From: Adineta vaga
Taxonomy: Eukaryota > Animalia > Rotifera
Assembly (NCBI GenBank): GCA_021613535.1
Contig: CP075497.1
Location: forward strand, 5,270,001 to 5,334,000
Direction: 5' to 3'
DNA: 64,000 nucleotides
Positions 27,501-40,468 of the stretch are shown piece after piece (the stretch's first letter is position 1; each line of letters starts with the position of its first letter). A program made the translations under genes and the position numbers. Under the pieces are notes generated by a model. It worked only from the letters and a program-made list of their open reading frames with translations, was not told the DNA's origin and searched no databases.

Positions 27501-30085
27501 GTTGTGCTACAAATCCATTAGGTAGTGATGAAACAAGTGCTTTAGTTCACGTGGAAGGTAGATAAATGATTTCTGGAAAAAATAATCAATTCATATGAAA
27601 CAAAAATTGATTTTATTTAGAAATTCGTCGAACACGACGAGCTCATTCAGCTCGACCGGGTGATAGTGATACTACTCGAGTACGTACACCGTCACCTCCA
27701 CGTACGTCGGGTAAAGATTCGAGTTGGCGTGATAAATTAGGTGGTGGTGAGAAACGTGACACACTTGACGTTGAAAAACCAAGTAAGTTATTGTATTTCT
27801 TCTCAATATAATGATTATTACTTTGACATTTTGATAAGCCATATCAGACATTCGAAAAACAAACTTTTCTTTTTATCTCTATAGTAATTATATAGAAATA
27901 AGAAAGATTTCCCTTGTTGATCGATTGGCAAATGATTTCTCGTTAGAAAAGAATTTATTTACTTCTTTGTTTAGAACGTAAAGAACGACGTGATCCACCA
28001 ACATTCAGCGAACAACTTACGGATACAACCGTCTTCGAAGGTATAGGAAACACAAATCTTAATTCATTTATAGTATATTCATTTTTTTATTTAGGTGCTG
28101 CCGCTAAACTTCGTTGTGAAGTTAAGGGTAAACCAACGCCTAAAATTGAATGGTTGAAGAACGGTGAAGTAAGGATATATTCAAACCGTATAGAATTCCC
28201 TTGCAAATAAAATGAAAATTTCCTATTGTAGTCCATAGCAAATGAATCTCGCATTCAAGAAACATATGACGATGATGTAGCTACACTCATCATCAAAAAA
28301 GTTAAATTAGATGATAATGGTGAATATATTTGTCGAGCAACAAATGATGAAGGTTCAGATGCATCAAGTGCTCAGTTGACTGTTAAAGGTATTTCATAAT
28401 TTATCTGATCGATTTATTAACTATAATTATTATAGCTCATGTACCTGGTGATAACGAAGCAGAATATGCTGCATCAGTGGCACAAGAAGATGCAACAATT
28501 GTTAAAGCTGAATCTCAAGAAGCAGCTAGTGAAGAAACATCTGCTACTGCTGCTGTTCCTGAACCAACTGAAGGAACTGCTAGTGATACTGCTGCTAAAG
28601 TTGAAGAAAAACTCCCATCAGAAGCCGTTGCTGAAGTTCCAGAAAGTGCTAATATAACAACAGAACCAGCACCAGTTGAAGCACCCGTTGGTACTGAACC
28701 AGCCGCAGCACCAGCTGAACAACCGGCTCCAGCTGCTGAACCAGAACCAACACCTGCTCCAGCACCAACACCAGCACCTGAACCAGCAAAACCAGCTGCT
28801 AGTAAAGCTGCTCTCGCAAAGAAACCAGCAACACCAGCTGCTCCTGAAAAGAAACCAGTTGGAGCTGCTGCTTTGAAAAAACCTGAACCAGCTAAAAAAG
28901 TAGAAGAGAAGAAGGAACCTGCCAAGAAAGTAGTTGACGATAAAACTAAGAAACCAGCTACTGATGACAAGAAAAAAGTGAGTTGTCATATTCTTTAAGA
29001 CAGTTCAACATTCATTTGTGTATTATGCTAATTCTAGGTAGAAGAAGCTAAACCTAAAGCTACTCCTGCTCCCGCTCCTGCTCCTGCTGCTACTGAAGAA
29101 GTAGCTCCTGTTGAGCCTGAAAAAAAGAAAGAAGAAGAAGCACCAAAATCTGAACCTGAACCAGAACCTGAAAAGAAAAAGGAAGAAGAACCAGAACCAA
29201 AGAAGAAAGAGGAAGAAGAAGCACAAGAAAAACCAGCCGAAGTCAAAGCTAAATTTACTAAACATATTAAATCACAAAATTTAATGGAAGGAGATCCATT
29301 AACACTTGATTGTGTTGTTGAAGGTAAATCCAATTTGAATTTAGCAATTATTTCTGAAAGAAAATTACTCTCACATATATTTTCAGATGGTAACGAAAGC
29401 GATGAACTAACATGGTTACGTAATAATAAAGAAATCCCAGAAAATCCAGATTTTCGACGAGAACATGACGGAAAAGTATACAAATTAATTGTTACTGAAG
29501 TGTAATTATAAATCATAATATTCACTTTTATTTTCTTAATTGTCTATATTCTTTTCTTTCTAGATTTCCTGAAGATTCTGGTGTCTTCTCTGCTTTATTA
29601 AAAACTCAAACAGAAGTAAATCCACGTGTCTCATCTTGTTCAGTCATTATTCAAGGTATATTATAATTGTTGTTGAAACTAAAACTATTCATAATTTTTC
29701 TACAGCTCGTGACGAAGAACCACTTGATCCATGTTTTGGTCAATTTCCACAAAGTATTAGTCTAGAAGAAGGTGGTAAAGCAAAATTTTCATGCAAACTT
29801 ACTGGTTCAACACCTATGACTGGTAAAAGATGATTTGCTATTCATGAATTTATTTAAGTATTTATCTTCATTTTTCTTTTCTCTTTGAAAATAGCTGAAT
29901 GGAATTTTAATGGTAAACCTCTTGATCGTGAATCAAGTCGATTTATATTTACTAATAATGAAACTGAATTTTCATTTGAAATTCCTGTTGTCTTAGCAAC
30001 AGATGAAGGTCAATATCATGTAACAATTTCGAATGATAAAGGAGAAATTACTGCTGCATACAGCATACATGTCGATCAATCGTGA
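9542..30085 (+). CDS. unc-22: Twitchin (giant Ig/Fn3 muscle kinase, unc-22/projectin family), dozens of exons, roughly 4,400 aa (estimate)
   Basis: 10 N-terminal I-set Ig domains, 15 Fn3 domains interspersed with Ig, kinase with IGRGAFGVVHRC, AAKF, HLDLKPEN, ICDFG, EFAAPE, then Ig domains and a P/E/A/K-rich segment; in-frame stop just upstream of ATG 9542; TGA at 30083-30085. Confidence 0.95.
26381..26404 (+). repeat. (GTT)n microsatellite
   Basis: gttgttgttgttgttgttgttgtt read directly. Confidence 0.9.
26847..27006 (+). other. Candidate alternative first coding exon inside the long twitchin intron
   Basis: ATG-initiated 53 codons + 1 nt (MDNFYYNSS...RAKSVGPI) ending at T|GTAAG, phase 1, same phase as the acceptor of the exon at 27111. 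Confidence 0.7.
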
Positions 30086-32362
30086 AATTAGACAAATGGT
30101 TAAATAAACACTAATCACATATTTATATATATAAACGCATTTGTTCTGGCGTGTGTGTGTGGAAAGAGTGAAAACAGAAAAGAAAATTTTCAAACAAAAT
30201 TCGATTGTTTTATTTAATTTCTTGAATTTGTATTTTTTTGGAAAAAACCTTTGCAGCTCAACCTTTGTTTTCTTCTTCTGCGTCTCTGTTTTTTCCTATT
30301 TAGAAAAATTTTTCAATGCCTAACCTGTTCTTCTTTGTCTTTTCTTTAGTATCATATTCTATCTATATTTCTTGACAAAACAACCGTGTTCTTTGATGTG
30401 TGTAAATTGTTAAAACCTTCATATCTTTAAGAAAACAAATATAAGAACAAAATAGTCTAGCCACAGAAAAAGACATCGGATATTTTAATATTTATATACA
30501 TATATATATATATATATACATTATTTAACTTCAATTAATTTTTTACATTTCTTTTTGTTTCATGCTTGGTAAAGAGAAAAATTTTCTATTCGAGTACCTA
30601 TCTACAGTATATTGTCTATTATTGGTAAATAAACTCGATTGATTTCGACATAAAAAACAAAAACAAACGTAGTATAAACATTCGATCTTCAAAATAGTTC
30701 TGGATCTCGTTAACTAGTGTAAACAATCATATCTCGTGCTTTTTTTCTTTCTATTTTCAATCAATATATATCATCGAACAGAGAAAGAAAGAGAAAATGT
30801 TTTTCTGTAGTGTAACACGATAAAAAACTGCATCGTTATTTTCTTCTTGCTATAGTTGATGAAATATTTCGTTAATCTCAACGTATCATACAGTCGATAG
30901 GGTACAGTTGTTTTGCTAATTCTATTGTTAATTCCAGACTTCTGTTCTCTCGTACTATGTGTCAACACCTTCGATAACAATGTCATTCAAAAGGTTATTT
31001 CATTATAGTATGACTCTCTTGATTTGATCCTTCCTATGGAGACTTTTAGTAATATAATTTCTTCTAAATTTTAATACTAACGATTATTGATAAATTGTTT
31101 CGAGTCTATCGATCGATATACTGCTACATCTGCTATTGATCAAAATTCATATAGGATACAAAAGAACATATGTGAAATTAACATAACTATAATTCATTAC
31201 TTAAAACTAACAGATAATTAAAGAAAAACAAGACAACTATATCTCATCGAGATAAGTTTATATGATCATAAAATATGACAGTTTTTCAATTCCATGTCAT
31301 TATACTTAGAAAGAGAACAAAACATATTTCATCGAATCATTGATATTATCGACATCTATCAGATGAATTACAGTCAGCTGACTATTATTAAATTCGATAA
31401 TTCATTCAAAAGTAGGATTTCATTTAACTTCTAATCTCCTTATCTATTTTGCGTATTCAACCAAAACTAACAACCGATATTTTAATTGCTTAAAAATGAA
31501 CCAATTCGAATAAAGTTTATCTCGCACGTGAGAGATACAATGACTTAATCAATCAAATCTTCTTATAATATGAGATCATTTGATACATTTCGTCATGTTT
31601 CATACAAACAAATACCAACTAATTTATGCAATACTTTTTCTTCAACCTATTTAAATCAAATATATTCATTAAATACAAAATCTCTTATTCTTTTAAATGT
31701 TACAAATTTAAATCTTATTGAGAATGTCGACCGATGTTCGCTAAACTATCGTTCATGAAATAGATACGTATGATTTTATCTTTACTTCATGTCAAAACTC
31801 ATGTCCATAGGAAAGATATTTTATCCTTTTTTTTGACCTTCATTGTTCATTTGATATGGAATTATCATGACTTAAATGAAATTCAATATCTAATGAATTG
31901 AAAATTTATCTTTCGACCAAAATTTCATTGTTAAAATCGTCTTTTTCGTTTCACAACGATATCTCAATGTAGTTTAAAACTGATCGAATCGAACGATTTG
32001 ATTAATGACGTCATAGAATGTTGTAGAATGAGTGATTCTTTCTTTTCTTTTTTTCGTTCTTTTACATACAGCTGTTGACATCTTTCTCTCTCATTTTAAG
32101 ATGATCATAACGAGTTATTCTTCAAGATATTTTTTCCTGCTGTAAAACTATTCGAATACTCTTTGATGACTAATCAGCATAGTAAAGTACATCTTGAGAA
32201 AGAAAGAATTTCCTTTCTATTGTTGAACTGACGTCTATAGAGAAATTCTGTAAGTCTCTTGGGATGAAAACAAAGATCTTATATGTAATTTAAACATATC
32301 TATTCGTTTCAGATTTTTTCAATTTATTTTATGTCGAAGAAAATACAGATATTTCTACTGTA

Positions 32363-33300
32363 ATGGATAATATGTACAGTTATGATTATCAATTTCGTCT
32401 GATAGTTGTGGGAGATTCAACTGTCGGAAAAGTAAGACAATAATTGATCAAAAAGAAAATGAATCTATGTTTGCATATTTTAGTCATCGTTATTACGTAG
32501 TTTTTGTGATGGAGTGTTTTCTCAAGATCCGGTAAGTTAAATATTTGAACTTTTTTTTATTTATTATTCATGAAAACAAATAGGATCCAACAGTTGGTGT
32601 TGATTTTAATGTACGTATTGTTGAAGTTAAACCTGGTGTTAAAGTCAAATTACAATTATGGGATACAGCTGGACAAGAACGATTTCGGTTAGAGAAATTT
32701 TATAAAAGAAAACAATTCTTATCTGAAATATTTCCTTTCTTTTTGTAGAAGTATTACACGAGCATATTATCGAAATTCAGTCGGAGTTCTTTTGATCTAT
32801 GATACGACAAATTATGTTAGTTTTACACATGTTACAAGTTGGTTAAATGAAGCTCGTGCACAAATTCAACCGTATCATTCAGTTTTTCTTCTTGTTGGTA
32901 CAAAAATCGATCGTGAATCAGAACGACAAGTAAAAATTTACTTACCTTTTTCTTGTCAACAACTATTCTATCATAGGTAACAACCGAAGAAGGAAAAGCA
33001 TTTGCTGATTTTCATAATGTCTCATTTATTGAAACATCATCAAAGTCATCGTTATATGTACAAGAAGCATTTACAATGATCGCTCGAGAAATTTATGATA
33101 TGTTAACCGAAGGACGTATACATGTACAGAGCGGGTGCGTACATTTGTTTTTTCTATGAACTTTATCAATTCAGTAGTTTTCTTTCTTCAGATGGGATGG
33201 AGTTAAAGCAGGTCCGAAATCAGCGAATACAAATCAGAATCAACCGATTGAGATTGTACAGAATGTTCAAGCACAGCGAGGTGGATGCTGTAGTAGTTAA
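32363..33300 (+). CDS. RAB39: Rab39 small GTPase
   Basis: [67 protein letters not shown]-terminal GGCCSS*. Confidence 0.93.
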
Positions 33301-33680
33301 CGATCTTCATTCATTTCTTTTTGTATGTATATATTCTTTTCCTTTTCTAACAGTGTATGTATCGGTACGGTTGCTTTTCTTTTTTCTTTCTTTCTTGTTT
33401 CCTACTTTATCTATTTTCATTTGAGAAAAGATTCATCTGTGCTATGAAGTATCAAATCAAGCTATTTATGTATCTCTCTATATATATATATACGTCAAGT
33501 TTTGTGTAATATGTATTTTCATATTGATTTTCTTGAATATGAACTCGTGTATTCCTTTCTTTTTCCTCTCTCTCTCTCTCTCCAGAAAATGAAATAAAAA
33601 TAGATAATGAAGAGATTTTTCGTCATTTTTATTTCATCACACGAAAAAAAAACATATGTATATATATATATTTATTTATT

Positions 33681-36657
33681 TTAATACTTGCATAGAAAAA
33701 GAACAAATAAAAAACAAAACAATAAATATGATATTCTCGAAATTGAGCTATGATTTGTTGTTAAATATTGATACGTCTTTTTGTATAGATCACACGTATC
33801 CGAATATCTTAAACTATTTTCAACATTGATAGATGATGCACTAAAATGTGTACAACTTGATTCAGATAAAATCCAACTTGCAGTCATTGGTTTCAATGGT
33901 TGAATCTATAAAGAAATTCACAAATGAATTTATCTTATCGAAACAAAGAAATAAACAATTATACCAAACAGAAAGCTCTAGTTTGTTCGTAGAGAATAAT
34001 TGTACGTTGAAATCGATGATCTGTACGCCAAGATGCTAAACATATACCTTTGAGTGATGTTATAATTTGAACATCAGGTACAGTATCATGACGACATGTG
34101 GACGAAAATGTGACTTCACTTTTATTTGTTAATTCACATCCAATAGATAATGTCCAAAGACCAGTTGTACATGTTGAAACAGGAATTAAAGGTCGATAAG
34201 TATTTGATGATTTATAAATACCCATTTGTGGACAGGAAATATTTGAACTTGTCGAAGGTTCTATTAGTTTAGAATAAAAGAACAGATTGAATCAATGAAA
34301 AGAAAAATGAATCTTACTAAAAAGTGTGTAATGTAAATGAGTATCTTTACAGCCATGTTCGTCAAATCCTGAAAATGAGATTTAAAAGATTTTTTTTCGC
34401 ATTATTAAATCTTACCAATTGAAAGATCAATTACTGATGAAGATCGATAGATAAGTTTTATACAATAGAATACAGATGAACTAAAAATTGAAACTATTTC
34501 ATTATCAATGGAAGATGAAAAGAAAATCTTACCATTGTTCTAAAGATTTTGCTTTGATACGAATAACATTTTCATTCGGTCGTCTACTTGGCATTAGACG
34601 AGTAAATTTCAAATCATGAACAACTGTTTGATCATTATTCATTTTCATAATCAATTGAGTATTGTTAATATAAACTGTATTGGCATTCGAACCGCTCGCT
34701 CCAACAGTCAACCATCGGCCATAACTCCAAGGTGGTACTTGAATTTGTGATTCCGATTGATGATGATATGAACCTATAGAAATGAAGATAGTTTCGAAAT
34801 AGAATTTATAGAATGGAAAAAAGTATGTACTTGGAAGTATATTTAATACAATTGCTGATTCTCTGGTTAGTAAATCTCGGCATGTATCATCAGCAGACAA
34901 GTAAACTTCATTAGGTTGAATATATTGTTCATCACGTTTTGTTTTGGTATAGGACTAAATGCAAAAGATCAAGAATGAATTTTTCTTTGATAAAATCTTT
35001 AACTTACAAAACAAATGAATCGCTGTCGATCAAGACTTCGAGCAACAACATAATTAATATTTCCATCAATAAATTGTGCGAAACATGTTGCTCGTATATC
35101 TATAGAAAAGAATAAGAAATTTTCAGTTTTTAATTTATCTTTACTCTGATTCGCTGGACATCGATTATTGTATGTTAATTGGAATGTATTAGAAGAAAAA
35201 CAATGTTGAAATGCTTTTGGTTGACATGATGTTGATAATTGACGATTTTTTTCGAAATACCATGATTGTTCAAATGGACATGAAGTTGATTCGGCATTAT
35301 CTAATAAAACAGCATGTTCATACATTTATCTCTCTAATTGAATTACGCATATGTACGATGATTTTTCTAAGAAGATACAAACATTTTTTTTTCGTACATC
35401 GTAAACTCATTTTCATAGAGTAAGCTTGCGGCGCCGGGAGCTTCGCTAATTTCCTGTATTTATCTGGGTCAGTGAACATTCATCTGCTCTATGTATGTGT
35501 TATGTCGGTCAGTGTTTTGTCTGCTCGCTAGAGAGTGTATTATCATTGCCCATGGACGTTTTCTTTTTTTATCCTATCACGCACGCACTACCGGATTTTC
35601 TCTACTGTTAATTAATGTCGATTGTGATGGACAGGTTACATATTCTTACTCTTATTTTATTATCTTACCCCGGAAGAGTGTATACAAAACTGTATCAGGC
35701 GTGATTGATCCACAAATACGACCATTGTCATCATCAGCATCAAAGCATTCGCCTAGAAGAAAAATGACAAGTCATCATTATGTCAACGGAAGTTAATAGA
35801 AGAAGAGATTTTTTGCATAAGACATATTGTCAAAATAAGTCAGTTGTTAAACGGAAGTAAGCATCACTACGTGACTGTCGTTTAGAAATTGAAACATGAT
35901 GTGTATAAAAGATCTTTGTGAATCAATAATGAAAATCTTGGACGACATTATATTTACTTTCTCGATATTGTAATGCATTGTAATGTCTGGGAATAAATAG
36001 AATACATCGTTTACATCGTGTTTGTCTAAAAGTGAAGAGATATAATAAATAAATAAAGTAAAACATAATACAATCAAAAGTTCTCCTTTCTTGTTCCCCC
36101 TTTTTTTTCTACTTGTATTCTATTGACACACATTTTTACCCTTTTACTAAGCTTAGTTTGAAACAATGTATTTGTTTTTGCATACATGCCTGACCCCGAT
36201 TCCAAGTCAAACAAAGAATATATATATATGTGTGTGTGTATTTATATGAGAGAGCAGACGATGAAATCGTGCAAGGTTATTAAATGGATGAACTGCTCAA
36301 GCAATTTTGATTTAAATCGTTTTATTCATCGTCTATAGAGATATATTGAACTTATTCTCCTACTAAACATGTCTGGATTGAATGAAGATGAGAAAAGAAG
36401 ATAGTATATAACGTTTTTACATCATTTGATATTAAACAGGAAGAAAAGAGAAAGAAACGAAGAATATGTTACATACTCATTATAAAAGATAAATTTATTC
36501 TTGACATCTTGTTGTCCTATACTAGTAAGACATGTTCCTTTTAATGAACACCATGTATTATTGATTGTTATCAAATCGACAAGGCCCGGCTGTATCCATT
36601 CGCCGACAAACGGCGTCGAAATAAAACAGGTCGGCAATGATGTTGCTGATGAAAGAC
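33681..36657 (-). CDS. Secreted, probably GPI-anchored Cys-rich repeat protein (resembles DUF7042/7043/7044-type invertebrate proteins); 5' exon(s) lie further upstream and are unresolved
   Basis: PTCFISTPFVGEWIQPG...KGTCL, CKRCILFIPRHYNALQYRES, ICGSITPDTVLYTLFR, SCPF, PPWSYGRW repeats; C-terminal hydrophobic tail ISYLLFCFLFVLFLCKY*. Confidence 0.65.
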
Positions 36658-39600
36658 CTAAAACAGACAGTGAAGATAACAGATCTTAATCAGACACTAA
36701 TCGATCTTGGCATTTGTCTATTGAATATGATCAATACAATGAAAAATGAGACATAAAATCAACTAATTTTCATGTCAAAATATTCTTTCTATAATGTATT
36801 AAATGACAAAAATATTTCAATTCTTTTTGACCTTTTTTCATTCTTAAACAATAATGATGATAAATGAGAGTAACCGACTGTTCTCGATTTATCAATACTG
36901 TTCATCGTCTCAATAAGCACTTGAACCTTCTTTCTCTCTCTCTCTCTTTTTTGCTTGCTGTATAAGTATACTAGTGACGCAAGATTCTAATCCTGACAGA
37001 TGCATACAGTAGCCATAATCATTATTTCTTTTCAAGACAAACACTATTGACTTGCCCAATGGATGGAATAGATATAAACAGAACAAGTGCAATTTTTTAA
37101 GTTAAGAAAAAGAAGAAGAAGAAGAAAAATCTATGCAATGTTATTGTTTCATAAGACACATACAATAGAAGAAAACAATTGAATCGCCATCAGCTTGTCA
37201 GTATTCACATCGATTTTTAATACGGAAATTGAAAATCGATTTTCATTTTCTCTTCGCTTTCGAATAGCCAACGGCGAGTAAAACAATTTCTTTCTTTTCA
37301 TGCATAATTGCATAGTCAAGCTAATTTTTGAATATAAGTTACGTCATTGAAACAAAATTACTTTTAAAAATAGAATGGCTCAATGCATCTTTTCAAAGAT
37401 TTAAATTAGTGCACCTGTCTGCAGAAGGGATTTAATTCAATGAGACGGTTAATAATCGTCTTTCTTATGGGAAGAAAGAAATATGAGAGGACTTACCGAA
37501 AGTCAGTATCATTAGATACAAAGGTAGAATTTTACAAGTAATCATGATGATCAATCGTCATCGTTTGATTTCGAAAGAATTCATTGTTTTTCTTTTCATT
37601 ATTTTACATCTAAAAAGAAAAAATGTATAACATTAAATTTGACTGTTGTCTCCCACCTATGGCGAATCAGCGAGTGGAGATGTCTGTCTATCCTATTGTC
37701 ATTTCTCAAGACACCTGTTACTTTAATAGGAATGTATGTGCCAGATACTTACGCTTGTCATTTTGTTCATCATAATAACGACAAGCATCAGTATAGTCTT
37801 TGTCGCGCTCTCTCTCTCTCTCCTTGTCTCTCATCTTGTCGCAGAACTAAACTTAATTGTGGTAATAAAGAAAACGAGAGAGAAGGAGAGACGATTTTTG
37901 TTCATCCATTCTTTTCCCTCTCTCTCGCTCCCTCTCCCTGTTTCTCTTTCTCATGCGCTCAATGAACAGAATGAAGGAGAGGGAGAGAAAGCGAAAGAGA
38001 AATGAGGGAGAAAAAAAGATGAGCATAAAGCTGCAAACGTAGGCTATAGGAGTAGAAAAAGAATAACTGAAGACTATTGTTATTGTTAGAAACAGTGACA
38101 AGTAGGAGTATCATTTTTCGACATTCTACCGGTAGTAATAGTGATGATCATCATCATTAGCTAATGGACTGTAGTATTCATGATCATCCGCCTCTCTTCT
38201 TCGATCGTTTTGGTCAGATGTAATGTGAAAAAAAGATTTGAAGCACACGCATATACGTGTCAGTTGTTTAGATGTGCGCGTGTTCAACTGGTCAGTATAT
38301 GAGAGAAAAGAAGAGAAACATTATAATCACACACATGCGCACGCGCTTCATGTCGCCCTTCTTCTTAATTGACATGGTTGGCACGCCCTAATTAGACTTT
38401 CTTTCTCCTATTCATTGTCAAGCTTATTCATCGAGAACATCCGCATTTGTTAGAAGAAGAAAAAAGTAAAAGCATTTAGAATCTTATAGGATTCGTCTTT
38501 CATTCTATTCATTTAGATAAGTACAGATAGTTATGATCCGCAGAAAAACCTTGAATTGAACAAACATATATATATATATATATATTTGAACGCACGACAA
38601 AGCTTCTCTTAGTTGAACCATCATCGCCTCAAGTAATCGAGTTTCCATTTATAATGATAATCATCTCTTGTCAACCTCTATAACCTACGGAATTGATAGT
38701 CCTTGATAAAACCCAATGTTACAAACAATCTTTGCCTTTAGCCCATAGTAAAAGTGAAATAGCTGAACATATGTGTACATGTAAAAACGGGCGTTTCATT
38801 TTTGTGAACTACCGACCGCCCACTCATTTTATCATTGTCGCATGATTAGATTTAGATAGAAAAAGAAATCGAAGACAAACTTTGCTAAGAGATGGAGATA
38901 GCCGTTTGATTTTCTTCTTCACATTTTTTTTAACTTGACTCACTATGATACGAGACAACGATAGAATTGAATTAGTGATGTGTCAAACGAACGAGAGACC
39001 GGAAAAACATGTTGAACAGATGAAGATGAGGCATAAGTAGAAAAGGGATATGTCATCTGTCATATGATGGAGGTCATTTGATTTCTTCTAGACACAACCA
39101 TCTTGATTAACGCCTCGAGTTCAAGTAGACATACCATGTTGATGTCAATGTCAGACTGGAAATTAAGTTTATTACAAGACTATGACTAAAGTTAGGACAT
39201 AAATGTAATCTTTCTTTATTCGTTTTCTTTTTTGATTAAATGCAAAAAGCAAAATTAATAATTTTTCATACATTTGTTCACATCATATGTCTAATACTTT
39301 GATCTGTCAGAAAGTTAATGGATCGAATCAGATGCCTGTGTCTCTTGCCTTTCCTCTCTTTCGATTCATCATATACGATGGTTCATCGAACTTAAATGAG
39401 AGAAAAAGAAAATTACTATTCCGGAAGCAAGAATGCAAAAAAAAAGATTGTTTCGATGTTTCATTGATTTTAAATCACTTTCTATATAGTGAATAGACTA
39501 TTCATAATTGAATTGAATATTTCATGAGCAAATAATCATAAAATTGAAATTTATCCGACTGATCTCTTGATTTATTATATCACATTGACTCAATTCAACG

Positions 39601-39883
39601 AAATAAATCAAACTTAATCGACTAGACTATATGAATCCTCTTATAAAATAGACATACGTGTCTATTAACATCTTCTTAATGAATGATATGTTGAATATAG
39701 AACAAGATAAATCCATTTAACAGAAGATTAAGATGATCACCACTTTTACTGATCTCTCAGTTAGAATAAGTAAATACATTCGTCCGTTAATATAGTGTTA
39801 GCCATATAAAACATGACGCGTATATTTCTATACATCTCCCCCTTTTTCTTTTACTTTTATTAATAAAAAAGAAATCCCGTAGC

Positions 39884-40111
39884 CAACCACTCTGAATGTG
39901 GTCGCTTCCCTCCTTGCCGCATCACGAAGATGCAACAAGGTGCGATCATCAAAGGAAGCAGGCCGAGCTCTCGAGAAGAGAGCAGCCCCATCCTACTTCA
40001 CGCTCAAGAAGAACCACTGCCACTCATCATCGTGGGTTGTTTGGGTCTTCTTTGGCTATGGGTGTTTTGTCGATATGTACTACAGAAAATGATCCTGTGA
40101 AGTACAATCTT
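39884..40111 (-). ncRNA. U3: U3 snoRNA
   Basis: Minus strand begins AAGATTGTACTTCACAGGATCATTTTCTGTAGT (boxes A'/A); box C' GATGATGA (40031-40024), box B GAGCGTGAAG (40005-39996), box C TGATGA (39951-39946), terminal CAGA-GTGGTT pairing with the CCAC before box C'; GC-rich island of ~228 nt. Confidence 0.92.
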
Positions 40112-40136
40112 AACGTTCCTAGTGTTTTAATGGAGT

Positions 40137-40143
40137 TTTTATA
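40137..40143 (-). promoter_or_regulatory. TATA box upstream of U3
   Basis: TATAAAA at -32 to -26 relative to the predicted U3 5' end (40111). Confidence 0.6.
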
Positions 40144-40468
40144 GGCCTTTATCGAGCAAATATTGCATAGTAAATCTTTGCTTTTTCGTTCTGTTAACTA
40201 TATGACTCATTGGTATATATAACAGACACACACGTATGCACGTAGAAAAGAGAAAACAATCGATGATGATGATTCACTACAATTTATTCGATCGAAATAT
40301 AAAGAAAGAAAGCTTTCAATGGAGTAGCTATTTGTTAAAAGAAAAAAAGTGTAAATAATGAAAGTAATTGTGGTGATAAATTTTTTATTGAGACTGAAAA
40401 GCATTTTATTGATAATAATCTTAAAAATTCATTGAAGAAGACTGAATAATATTGCTGTTGATAAATAT

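Noticed and set aside
28515-28989. Long minus-strand Ala/Gly-rich and Trp/Cys-rich ORFs
   Set aside because: Antisense shadows of the low-complexity PEVK-like twitchin exon.
31027-31817. 13/14-nt inverted repeat (ATCCTTCCTATGGA ... TCCATAGGAAAGAT) ~770 nt apart, possible MITE ends
   Set aside because: Short, no target-site duplication and no second copy seen; compatible with chance.
37639-38110. Several ORFs over GA/CT-rich sequence
   Set aside because: Low-complexity promoter or UTR-like sequence; may hide the first exon of the Cys-rich gene, but none could be fixed confidently.
39896-40144. Two plus-strand ORFs in a GC-rich island
   Set aside because: Explained by the U3 snoRNA on the minus strand.
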